Origin: Monocercomonoides exilis PA203
Taxonomy: Eukaryota > Protista > Preaxostyla
Reading direction: 5' to 3'
Length of the DNA: 64,000 nt
Assembly: GCA_001643675.2 (NCBI GenBank)
Contig: LSRY02000005.1
Location: 1,426,001 to 1,490,000, forward strand
The position numbers and the translations under genes are program-made. This document shows, in pieces, positions 1-11,779 of the stretch. The notes under the pieces are model-generated. The model had not been told where the DNA came from and ran no database searches. It worked only from the letters and a program-made list of their open reading frames with translations. How positions within the stretch are numbered: position 1 is the stretch's first letter; each line of letters opens with the position of its first letter.

Positions 1-341
1 GGGCATCATAAACAATAACTTCATTGGCAAAAGAATAATAGTTTCCCAAACTCGATAAATTCCATTGAAAAAAATGTTATGCATCTCAAGTCAGATTCAC
101 GTAATATCAAATGAAAGGACTCCAATTTATTGATCAATGATAAGGGAAATCTCCGCTCAAAAAATAAATTTCATTTTATTCATCTTCCATCCTCTTATCT
201 TTTGTAGCAGCTTATTATTACGAATTAATTTTTGAATTCATCGCACGCTGATGTACTTCAATCATATCGAGTTCATATAATCAATAATTTCTGTTATTGC
301 TAGCAATCCACTTTCCAAGCACAATAATTGATTCTGTTTCT

Positions 342-578
342 TTATTTAAAGGAACCTGTTCTCTCATTCTGGAAGTGTGAATAATGATAAGGAAAGTACG
401 AAGTCGGGTATGAAAGTGAAGAATGATCGCAGAGGAGCTGAATCGTTGGTCGTCCGTGAGGACAAGACCAAGGTGAATCAAGCTTTGCAAGGTGATCTAA
501 GATCTTTTCATTTAAAAAATCCAGTTTTTTTTCAAAAGAAGAAGAAGAAAATCGAAATTTTTAAAAATGTTCAAAAAA

Positions 579-609
<31 letters not shown>

Positions 610-3600
610 AAAGCACACTGTTTTCATTTCTGGGTTGGAAAGAGATTTTCCAACCATCACGGAGCTTCTGCATGCTTTCGAAGCAAGCATAGCCCGAACA
701 CGAGAAGGCATGGGCCGATTAGAAGGTGCAGTTTGCATAGCTTCAATAAGTTCGTGAATGTCTTCAAAAATTTAAAGTTAGTAATAAAGAAAGAAAGAAT
801 ACCCAAATAAAAATTAAAAAAATGAAGAATATCAATTGCATTTTAAATATTATAAGAAATCAAACCATTCAACCCCAATTGAAGATTTCCTCTTGTAAAC
901 GAAGGGACAGTAGTGAGATAAAGTGTGGTTCTTGTTCGCTTCAAAATCTCATTTTCCTTTCCAGCTTCGAAATCAAGACTGTTCTCATCAATTTTTATCA
1001 AATCGTTTGCAATGTCAGTCTCTGATTGAAAAACTTCATTCATTTCATCAACACATTTATAACTGTCTTTTTGTACTTCTTCTTCAACGATTTCGATGTT
1101 AAACCCATTTGCTTTGAATGTTTCAATGTTATCTATCACAAGCTGTTTTTCATCTTCAGGTAGATCCAACGGCTGCTTCACGAGAAGTGGCTGCCGAACA
1201 AATTTCGTCGATTTTGCTAATCGCTCGAAGTTGTATTTTTCATCGGCCGCGTGCTGGTCGATTATAAAAATTGTAGGTTTATATGGGTATTGTCTTTCTG
1301 AATGAGTTCGATTCTTTTCCTTCTCGTTGCACAAAGTTCCAGACGAATTCTCATCTTCTGTGGAACAATTTTTCTGAGAGGACTCTGACGAATCATCTGT
1401 TATCGGTGTGTCTTTCGCTTCGTTATCTCCAATGGAATAGTCATCTGATGCAAGAATGAAAGCAAGATTAAACTGCCCCAAAATGCGCAAGTGAGAAAAC
1501 TTCTGCTGTGGAAAATGGAATCGAAATTGGGGTTCTAAATCAAGCTCCTCTAACAATTCATCGTTATCATATTGTTTTTGATTAACAGATAAGCAATCCC
1601 ATCGGGTGTTTCCAGTCTTATTTTGCTCTGTCTGGCAACGCTTCATTTTCGTCTGGGAATAAAAGGAAGAGTCGCCTTTTCCTCCATATGCAATCGCATT
1701 CAGTGCGGATTCAAGCCTCAATTTCTGTGAGCTGACTGACCCAACATCTATCGATGTCGTATTCACTTGAGATTTCGTGCCAAGAAATGAAATTGATTGG
1801 CCAGTTGGTTTCCAATTGCTTGAAAACATATTTAAACTTGGAGTGAGTGTTTGTTGCTGTATGAGTTCATCAGAAGGCTCAAGAATAACTAAAGTTTCGC
1901 TCTTTTTTATCGCAGAAGCATCTAAATTTGGTTCAATTCTCAATCTTTTAGAATTATAGCGAAGTTCATCATTTATTTCGCTTTGTGACATTTCTAATTC
2001 CATGTTTTCATTTGACCATTCAAAGCTATTGCTGCATTCCTCTTCAAGATTTTGTGCTTGACTGTTATTGTTGTCTGCATCATATGTTTGAGAAGATATT
2101 TTCAAAGTCTCTTCCTGTTGAAACTCAGCAGAAGAATCCTTTTCATACTCCTGGTGTTGTTTCTTGTCTCTCTCATTGGTAATATCATCTTGTGCCTCGA
2201 AAATGGAATGTTCTTTCAGATCTTGTTCATCAACGTCTCTTACAAAATCGTTCACTTGCCTACGACCAAAGTTTGCAAGTGCTTCTTCATTGACTAAAAC
2301 ATCGTCATCTTCATTGAATGCTTCCTTTTGATTCTTTTTTCGAGGTTGCTGCTTGGGTAGAATAAATGTGTTTGTAGCAAAAGAGGATGGCGAAGTCAAT
2401 GATTTGCGTGTGTGTTGTAAGTCAGCAGTCGAGTCAGTCAACGAACGCTGAGTCAATAGTTGTGATTTAGCCGCTTGAGAAGCAAAAGGTATTTTTGGTG
2501 AATGAATAGGAGATATTGGCGTGGGTGAAACTGATGCCCCAAGAGACAAATTGTCTGTAACTGCATAGAAATCTTTCAAAGACGAAGACAGTGCAGGACT
2601 TAGCGGAGATTCGATATCGAAGCTTAGTGGTGGAGAAGTCATCCAATCGCTATCATCATCTGGCATCTCCTTTCCGATGCTGTCCAATGGTGGAATATCT
2701 CCATTGTCTTGTGCGAGAAGTTCGTTTTGCATCGCTTTATTAGTTCCGTCTGCAATTTTTGTTGAAAACACCCGCTCCTTTGGCATCCACACAGTCTCTA
2801 CAAGTTGCTGTCTTAACTGTTCTATGAGCGTGTTTTCGTCATCTCGTTCGATCATCACTCGCTTTTTGTCTACGCTCACATTTATATCAACAGCACGGCG
2901 TGGAAGCGTTAAGAACAAAAAATAGACTGGTTTTTTATTTTCTTTGGGATTATACATGGCAAATGTTTCATTGATTGTTTTTTGAAGACGTGGAATTAAC
3001 ACTGGCCTGTTATTGAGAAACAAAAATTGCTTGTCTCGTGGTAGTGAAGAAGAAGAAGAAGAAGAACTTGAAAAGGATGAATTTGCTGAATGAATTGCAA
3101 TTGAAGGAAGTGTTGTAAATCCAGATAATCTATTTCAACAGGTTGTGATAAATGATATTTTTGTGGAAATAACTTCAATGATACATCGTTACTGAAAAAA
3201 TAAAAAATGCAATACTGGAAAAAATCTGTTTTTATATCTACAGGTGAAAGTTCAGAACGAATCCCAGGACCAAATACGTTGACAATGTTATCGATAAGAC
3301 TGTGCGATCCATTTGTAGAAATTAATTCTTGAAATTTTCCTCTTAAGGACACGACATTTCATAAAGTCAAAAATGAAGCATCGTATGCAAAAAAAATTGA
3401 AAAATGTTTGAAAATGTATGTGCATCAAACCCATTTAAAGATTGATTGATCAATGAAATTCTAATACCAAGCCCTGCAACTGCATATGATTGCATAATGT
3501 TTATCAGCTTTGAATAATCTCGTTTTACATTCTTCACAAATTCATTTCTTCTCACAGGAAGATTTTCAAACAAAGCGCTTACTGTTGCAGTTGTGCCAAT

Positions 3601-4136
3601 CTTTGTAATAAGCAAATTTTTCAAAAAATTGTTCAAAAAAATATTTTTTGAATTTCAAACTGAACGTGGTTTTTTTGTTTGTGATTGAATCGATCCATCG
3701 TGGTTAAACTGTATGCATGTTCCAATCATTGAATTCTTATGTCTTGTGAATATTGTCAAATTTGACAGAGCGCAAAGCGATGATATTGCCTTTTAAATAT
3801 TCGATATTATAATATGTTGAATTACATACAAATATTTTAGCAAACTTCTCCTCTAAATCCAAATGTCAGCAAGGATGATAAGTCAGAAACAGACATTAGT
3901 TTGCTTGTTGCATGTTTCTGTCCAAGAAGGGGAATATCCGCTTCAGAAATTCCGTGTCCATCATCTGAAACTTCAATGCTTTCAAGGCCATAATTTTTCA
4001 ATGTGACTGCTATGCGACTCGCTTCGGCATCCAAAGCATTTTCCACAAGCTCTTTAACTGCAGATGTCAAATCTAAAATTACTTGTCCAGAACATATATG
4101 ATGAACACTATCTGCATCAATTTTTCTTATGGACAT
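342..4136 (-). CDS. PMS2: Mismatch-repair endonuclease PMS2 (yeast Pms1) / MutL-alpha subunit, multi-exon
   Basis: N-terminal GHKL motifs (VKELVENALDA, DDGHGI, TFGFRGEAISSL after splicing). Endonuclease motif DQHAADEKYNFE. Exon ~621-762 encodes ASKACRSSVMVG. The last exon encodes PWSCPHGRPT and ends at TAA 342-344. Confidence 0.95.
576..610. repeat. (AAAT)n microsatellite in the last PMS2 intron
   Basis: Tandem aaat units visible directly. Confidence 0.85.
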
Positions 4137-4478
4137 GTGAAATTTTATTAATGTTCAGCTTTGATTGTTTGAATAAATAAAAAGAAAAAGAAAAATTGAT
4201 TTAAATAATCAAATTTTATTTTGGGAAAATTATTCTCTAGAAAAATTAAAAAAAAATCATGTATATTTTTTTGAAAAATGTGCATTAAAAAAACCTCATT
4301 TATTGTATGCAAAGAGTTTTTTGCAAATTTTTTTATTTCTCGAGTTCAAGAAATATTTTATTACAATTTCAAATTTGATTTGATGTTTTCCTTTATAATA
4401 ATTGTTGTCTCTGAAAAATGAAGTTATTTTTGATGAATTATTGAAAAATCTTCAAAATAGCAACAACGATGAATCAAA

Positions 4479-4512
<34 letters not shown>

Positions 4513-6999
4513 TTATTTTATTTATTAATTTATTAATTTTTTTCTTTTCTTTTTTTCTTTCTTTTTCATAATTTTCCTGATTTCAAAAATAGAAAAAAAT
4601 ATTACTTTAAAATGTCAAGATTTTTCTTTTATCATTTTTCTTTGTTTGATTCATTAAATAATGAATTTTTGAAATTGATTTGTTTGAAAGAATTAAATTG
4701 TTTTTTTACAAAAATTATCAGTTGTTAAAGAATATCTCATCTCTGATCCAAATCTTGTTTAAGCTTAATTCATTTCTCGAGAATATAAATAATTTTGAAA
4801 TTGGTACCTGACAAATATAAAGGTTCCTTTCTTATTTCACATGGTGATATTTAACTAATATTTAGAAATAAAAGCGTTATTTCTTTTTTTCTGAAATGTA
4901 TTTTATTCAAGTATTTTTTCAAAAAATGCTTTCCAAACATAAGGAAAAATTCAAAAACATCAGGAAATTATCGATAATTTTAATTTGGTTTCATTTTTTA
5001 AAAAAAAAAAAAGAAAAAATTGAAAAGAATATAAATTCATATTTAGTCAGTTTTATAAATTTAATTTTTAGCTTTTTAATGAAAAAAAAAAAAAAAAACT
5101 TTTGAAAATTTTGAAATGCATTGATCGATTGGTATTTTAGAAAGAACTTTTGTTTTTATTAAATACGGAAAATCTTCTAATTTCAATTTTTTGGGAATAA
5201 TCATAACTCTTTTCAACAACAAAACTTATTTGGAATAGTGGAAATTGGAATTTTAAAAATATCAATCGAATAAAGTTCAGAACCCATCATTCATTATGAA
5301 CAATTTGTAAAAATAATACGGACTTCATAGTTTTATTTCAGCAAATCATTGAATTTTTGTAATACTCATTTCTTCATTAAACATTCTCAGATTAGAAAAT
5401 AAATTACGATTCTCATTATCACGGACAAAAATAAATGGTTTCATAGAATTACGTTTAACGATGATACTCATATGCCAAATAATGATCCAATTTTTTTTGA
5501 ATTTTTTGTTCCAAAAAGGTTATCCAAGGTGCATATTTTTCCAATAAAAATACCTGAAGTGAAATATTATTTCACTGTATATTTTGAACATGTGTGTGAT
5601 TATTTTTGAAATCATCACTTTTTTCTTAAGTGCTAATTCTTTAAAGGTGTTATTTCTTTGTGGAATAATTTTTCGTACATATGAATGAAACATTCCAATA
5701 ATTTCAAAAAATAATGTTTTTGATTCAAAACTTTAAAAAATTGCTTTTGTTTGGAGTTTTGACTTTTCAATGTTCATTTGAAAATAATAAAGATCTGTTT
5801 TTGAACTGAAAATAATGAATGAAAAAATATAATTTCTAAAATAATCACCTGTATTTTGATCAAAATATTGTTCACTCTTACGAAACTTCACTTTAATGGA
5901 AGCTGTTATTTGATGATGGAATTATTAACGTTCAAGTGAAGTTACACGAGGAAGAATAGAAATTTGAACAAGACATGGATATTTATATTTTTTCAGAATT
6001 AAACAATCACAATTTTTCAAAATAGAACAACACATATTCACTAAATCACATTTCAACCTTTATTCATTTCAAAAAAAAATCGGGAAACAAAAATTGCCAA
6101 TAAGATAAAAGAAAATTCAAAAACTATTTTTTTCAAAAATATCTGCGATTTGATTTTTTTGTTCATAAATAAGCAAATCTGTTGTTTCATATTAATTATC
6201 AAAACTATTAAAAAAACATTTGAAAAAAGATATTTGATAAAATAACTTTAAAAAATTTTCCCTAATGGGCAATATGTAACATGCATGGACCCAATTTTTT
6301 TCGCTTATGCAATAATTTAATATATCTCAAAAATTTCACATTCACATCTTTTCTTTCCAAAGATAAAGAGTTTTGTCTTTCAAATAAACATTTTGATTTG
6401 AAGAATTCCAACAGAACTTGATTTTGAAATTGTTTTTATTCATTAAGTTGTCAAATGTGATTTTTGACTTATTGAACAAATTGAATGAAAAAAAATATAG
6501 ATAAAGAAATATGCGACAAGATTTTTTGCTTTTGAATTTTGTTCCATTCAGTATTTTCGAATATATTTCTCATTTTAAAAAATTTTCTAAACATTTTTGA
6601 CATAAGAATGTGAGACTTGTTTTAATATGATAACGGATAAAGTTTGAAACAAAAAATTGTTTTTTTCATAAATGCTAAAAATATGCACCATATTTATCTT
6701 TAATGCTTTTTGATAACATTCTTCCAATGAAAAACAAATAATGCTATGTGAAAAAGAAGAATCTAATGCTTGGATATATTTTCAACACAGCCAAACGAAA
6801 TCCAAAAATTTGTAAAAATTTAAAAAAAAAAAATATAAAATAAAATTGCCAAAGAAGAAAATAAACAAATTAGAATTTAACTTAAAGGAGCATCCTTCCG
6901 TTCTGGATGCTGCATCAAATAATCTACAAAATTTATGCAATCGCAATTTGAAGAATAAGAATAAAAGAATTAATATATAAATAAACAATTAAGTTTTGT

Positions 7000-8367
7000 T
7001 CAACAAGTTAATAAAGAAAACACACATGTGATCGTTTCTTTCATTACAGGATCTTCCAATAAATCAGCTTCCGTAACTTTTTCTCTTGTTACTGGGTCAA
7101 TTCCCAGCTTTTTAATATAATTAACAAGATTAGTCCTTTCAAATACATATCCAGCTTTATTTCTGACAGGATCGACAATAAACTGCTTTGAAAGAGGGCA
7201 TCTGTATCCGGCTTCTAATTCCTCTTTAAAAGTTTTTTGCTTCAATTCCGGAATGCCTAATAAAACATTATTAAGTGGAAGTGAAGAAGTTGCATATGAA
7301 ACAGATGTTTTGCCAGATGGAAGTGACGAAGTGGAAATCGAAGAAGAAGAAGAAGAAGATGATGATGATGAAGAAGAAGAGGAAGAATCCATTTTCGTTG
7401 AAGATTGTGGAACACCTGTCGAATGTGCTAAATCAGTTAATGAATCTTGGATCGATGCAGATGATACTGGAATTTTCGAATTTTGAATTGTCGAGTTCAC
7501 TAAAGAAGATGAAGGTAATATTTCTTTTGAATCATCGATGCAATTATCAGAAGATTTCTTTTGTTCTTCTGTTGATTTATTATTATTATATGATTCAACT
7601 TTCGAAAATTTTGATAAATTCATTAATTCTTTATCCAATTCTCTTGTTGCAACCAAAGTGAAAGAATAAAGAAGCATATGATGCTGATTATGCTCTCTTG
7701 AAAATGGAGTAGCACATATTTCCAAAATATTTTCTGTTGAAGATGTTGCATAATGCATTAATTGCGGTTCAATATTTCGTTTAAAATACAATCTAATTGG
7801 ATCCATTTCATTTTCATGAAGGGGTGAAGTAACTTCAAATTCAATGGAAATGAAGTTTGACTCAGAGTCTCGCAAAGGCTCTTGATTTAAGAATCTTCCC
7901 ATAAAAGTTAACAACTGACTTTTCCAAACCTTTTGATAAGAATCTTCCCGTGCCTCCAAAACACGTTGTCCAAAAATTGAATCGAAACGACTAAAACTAA
8001 GAGTTTGATTAACAGTTGTGAGCAGATTTTGAGGCATTAATTGTAAAATATGAGGATTACCATCTTTTCCTCTTTGCAAAAGTGTTCCGTGAAAAGAAAA
8101 TTCTTTTCCAACTTGTGGTAAAGGTCCGTATGTTAAAACCGTTTCTTCTTCACATCTTAATTGAACGTTTTCACATTCTGAAGATGAAGGATCACATTTT
8201 ATTTTTATTTGATTCGGAGATATATCGAGAATAATACCGGACCACTGGACGGTAGTATTCGCAAATGTTGAAGAAAAAAGCTGATCCAATGAATTGTCAT
8301 AGGTGAAAGAACATGTTCTCATATATTCTTCAAATGTTAACGTGAATGGTGGCGTGAAAGATAACAT
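7000..8367 (-). CDS. U-box E3 ubiquitin ligase-like protein with two N-terminal OB-fold-like repeats and a Ser-rich linker
   Basis: Single ORF with ATG at 8367. C-terminal YRCPLSKQFIVDPVRNKAGYVFERTNLVNYIKKLGIDPVTRE fits the U-box consensus. Confidence 0.85.
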   Translation of the reverse strand: MLSFTPPFTLTFEEYMRTCSFTYDNSLDQLFSSTFANTTVQWSGIILDISPNQIKIKCDPSSSECENVQLRCEEETVLTYGPLPQVGKEFSFHGTLLQRGKDGNPHILQLMPQNLLTTVNQTLSFSRFDSIFGQRVLEAREDSYQKVWKSQLLTFMGRFLNQEPLRDSESNFISIEFEVTSPLHENEMDPIRLYFKRNIEPQLMHYATSSTENILEICATPFSREHNQHHMLLYSFTLVATRELDKELMNLSKFSKVESYNNNKSTEEQKKSSDNCIDDSKEILPSSSLVNSTIQNSKIPVSSASIQDSLTDLAHSTGVPQSSTKMDSSSSSSSSSSSSSSSSISTSSLPSGKTSVSYATSSLPLNNVLLGIPELKQKTFKEELEAGYRCPLSKQFIVDPVRNKAGYVFERTNLVNYIKKLGIDPVTREKVTEADLLEDPVMKETITCVFSLLTC

Positions 8368-8446
8368 CTTCAATCACTTTATTTATTATCACTAAGGGTG
8401 CTGATCATTAATTATTTTTGTTTTTTTTAAACTTTACTTTATTTAA

Positions 8447-10463
8447 ATGATTGATCCAATATCAGCTGTTGTTGATCGTTTTATATTGCCAGTTCAAAAT
8501 ATAACTGGATTTTCAAAGGATATTTCAAAAACTTTTGTCAGTTTGGGCATTTTTTTTAAAAATGAAGTATTTGAAATGAAATTTTGTCTAACACGAAACC
8601 AGGTTATTTATTTGCTTTTTGCTTTGCATATTTATGGCCAAAACTTCCATATGGATTTTCTCGTCGGGCATTTAGTCTCGTTGTTGGATTATTTCTTCTA
8701 TTAATGACATACGGACTTTATGCTTCGTTCACGTTTTTTGGTATGATTATACCATCTTACATACTAATATCACACGGAATTGGGCAGAAAAAACCTTTGA
8801 TCATTTTTGGATTTACGATGGTTTATTTGCTTGCAGTTTTTGCCTATTATTATCGAACAGCGTATGGAATATGGCAAATGGATATCACTTCTCCTTTAAT
8901 GATCGCTGTTCAGAAATGTACGTCATTAGCCTGGAATTTGTTCGATGGAAAAAAACAAACCGATGCACTTTTGGCAAATAATGGAATTAAACCAACAAAG
9001 CCAGTTCTGAGGACATCTCATCAGAGAAGAGTTGCATTAAATGAATGCCCTTCCTTATTTGGATTTGTATCTTGGATGATGTTTCCGATATCTTTGTCCG
9101 TTGGACCAGCAACTGAATATGCAATGTTTGAGTCAAGCATCGAAATAAAGGAAGCTCCTCTTCGATCTCGCTACAAACTTTTCTGGAAACAACTCGTTTT
9201 AGGTGCTATTTTCATGGTCTATTTTGTGCATCCTGTTGATGTTGGATTTGTGTTTGATAAGGAATTTATCTCACAACCATTTTGGAGGAGGGTACTAAAG
9301 TTACATATATGCATGAGTTGGACGAGATTACGGTTTGACTAAATATAACAAAATATTTTTTAATGAAAGGTTAAAAAAATTTGACATGTACATTTTTTAA
9401 AAATTTCATGTCATTCTGAATTTTTGCATGAAGTTATTATTCAGCTTGGTGTTTAACAAATGCTGCAATGATTTTGGCCGGGGCAGGGTTTGACGGAAAT
9501 AGCTGGGAAAACGCAATGAATGTGTTTGTATTTCGATTGGAATTTGCAAGACGTCCAAAGGCATTTATTGCTAATTGGAATTGCGGAACACAGCGATTCT
9601 TGAAATATTGTTTGCATTCAATAGCTCCATTTTTGTTGTTCACGCGCATCATTTACTTTTTCTTTCTTTCTTTCTTTTTTTGAAACTTATAAAAATCTGG
9701 GCATATTTACAGACATCTATGTTCGCGGACCAACAGACCCCAAAACGGGACTTGTTCATCCATTTATGCAATATGTTACATTTATCGTTTCTGGAATCTG
9801 GCACGGATGGTATGCTGGATATCTCTTGCATTTTACCATCCTCTTCCTCATCAACGTAATAGATCGTCTTTACTTTGCTCTCTTTCCAATCAAGTATGAG
9901 GAAAGACCCGCGCTCTATGGGTATGAGGAAACCCAACGAGAATTGAGAGAAATAGAAAATAAAAACATCAAAGAGAAACATACAACAGAAAAGAAAGATG
10001 AGAAACTCGAATCAAATTCCATGAAACAAAAGCAAACAAGTTCAATGAGCGATGACAAAAAACCAGTTGTTGGAAATTCTACAACAACTTGTTCAAGTGA
10101 TGAAAACATAAAAACAGATCTTCTTCGCACAGTTTTTGAATGGGTAGTTACACAGGTTCTTTTCAATTATGCTGCAATCGTGATGGCGGTTTGTTTCTTC
10201 TGTTCATTTTCTGATTCTTAGCATTTTTGCTCATTTGATATCTTTTCTCACAATAATACTTTTTTCCCCCAATCACGGTTAACCTTTAGGCACTTGTTTG
10301 GCCTACTATTGTGCAAGCTAACAAAGTTATCAATTGGTGGGGACTTAAAACTATTGTTGCTCTTATCGTCATTTTACAGTTAATGACTATCTTTAAAAAG
10401 AAACCCAGCAAAACATCTTCAAAGAAAGACGATTCTTCATTCCCCATTTCATCGCCGCAGTAG
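8447..10463 (+). CDS. MBOAT-family lysophospholipid acyltransferase, multi-exon
   Basis: Hydrophobic exons with MDITSPLMIAVQKCTSLAWNLFDG, VGPATEY, NWNCGTQRFLKY and the catalytic-His motif FIVSGIWHGWYAGY. The last exon 10290-10463 ends in TAG. Confidence 0.9.
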
Positions 10464-10755
10464 ATTAAAAGACTATTTTTTTCTCTTTCATTTGAACATG
10501 AATTTATTATCATTTCACAAGGAAGGAGCGCCAATGGCGATATCGTAATCATTCGCAAAAGAAAAGAAAGAAAAGAACAAATATATGAACGAGTGTATTT
10601 AATCAAAGAAATGGAGATTACGATCCAAATTGGGAGATTGAGATGATATATTGTTCACAATATCTTACATCAAATGCAAGGTCCGGAATCCAGTTGTAAT
10701 CTTTCTCAAAAAGAGATTATAATCTCATAAAAAAATAAGTGGAATGAAAAGAAAT

Positions 10756-11560
10756 TTAACGTCGACCTCCTGCACGTCCTCTGCTGCGAGGAGCTTGGCG
10801 AATAGGTTGGCGTGTTTGACGTGTATTTCTTAATCGTTGTGCATTAGTTGGTGCCTGGACAAGATACATTGGAGATTGTGTTGGTGGGATCATCATGATA
10901 GGCTGGGCTGGAACTGGCTGAACAACTTTTGATGTTGCCCTTTGTCTTGGTTGCTTTTTAGGTCTAGCAGGTTTTTGTGGTGCAGCTGCCATTTGAGTAG
11001 GAAATTGAACTGGCATAGACTTTGAGATCTTAGAAATTTCTTGTGATAATGCTCGTTTTTGAGCTCTTGGAATGGAAATAAATTACAAACAAAACATAGA
11101 TCATAAGTTAAAATATGTTTTAAAAATAAAAAATTGCACACTTTGTAAGCACAGATTGATTTCGTTTGCCTTTCCCAGTCTTTTGAGGTGTTGCAACTGG
11201 AAGGACAAAAACAGATGGAGGTTGTTGAACGACTGGGGCCATTAATGGCATTTGAACAGGAGTTTGTAAAAGTCCAGCTGCTCCGAAATTTCTTTGAGTT
11301 TTTGGCTTTGATGATCTTTTTTGCCCACGAAGTTGATCAAGTTTTGCATTTCTGCGTGCCTGTCCCTTTCTACGTGAAAAAGAAGCCCCAGATTCTCGTC
11401 TTTGTCCACCGCGGGACTTCAGCGCAAAAACGAGAAGAAAAATAAAGAACGATTCATATTTGAAATAAATGAGGAAACCAGAAAAGCATACCAAACGTCG
11501 GCGCTCTTTGCTTTCTTTAATCATATCATCGAGTGATTTATCAACGTCAATAGTAGACAT
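10756..11560 (-). CDS. Basic mRNA-export adaptor-like protein (ALYREF/UIF-type N-terminal UAP56-binding motif, no RRM seen), 3 exons
   Basis: Starts MSTIDVDKSLDDMIKE (the D.SLDD.I motif), followed by an R/K/Q/P-rich sequence and an RG-rich end. Confidence 0.6.
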
Positions 11561-11779
11561 AATTATTGATCTTCAAAGAAATAGAAACAGTTGGAGAAGT
11601 TTATTGATCTCAGCCCACTTTCTACACTGTTCTGATCAACAATATTTTTTTATAAAAATTTTTTGAATTTTTCCACTAACACGAAATATGTATTCACAAA
11701 TTCAAGTTTTGTGCTATATTTGAAAATAATATGATTCTCTTCTTCAAATGTGTATTTTTATTGTGATGGCAAAAGAAAA

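Noticed and set aside
6889-6911. GC-rich hairpin agcatcc-ttccgttct-ggatgct downstream of the U-box gene
   Set aside because: A single 7-bp stem can occur by chance, and bacterial-type terminators are not relevant in this eukaryote.
4200-6950. Short ORFs and coding-looking patches in a 2.7-kb AT-rich gap
   Set aside because: No consistent spliced frame or recognisable motif. It may be a decayed gene, but this cannot be supported.
11600-11625. GGGCTGAGAT on the - strand, resembling a TPP riboswitch junction
   Set aside because: The downstream ACCUGAU...UAAU...GCG.AGGGA elements are absent.
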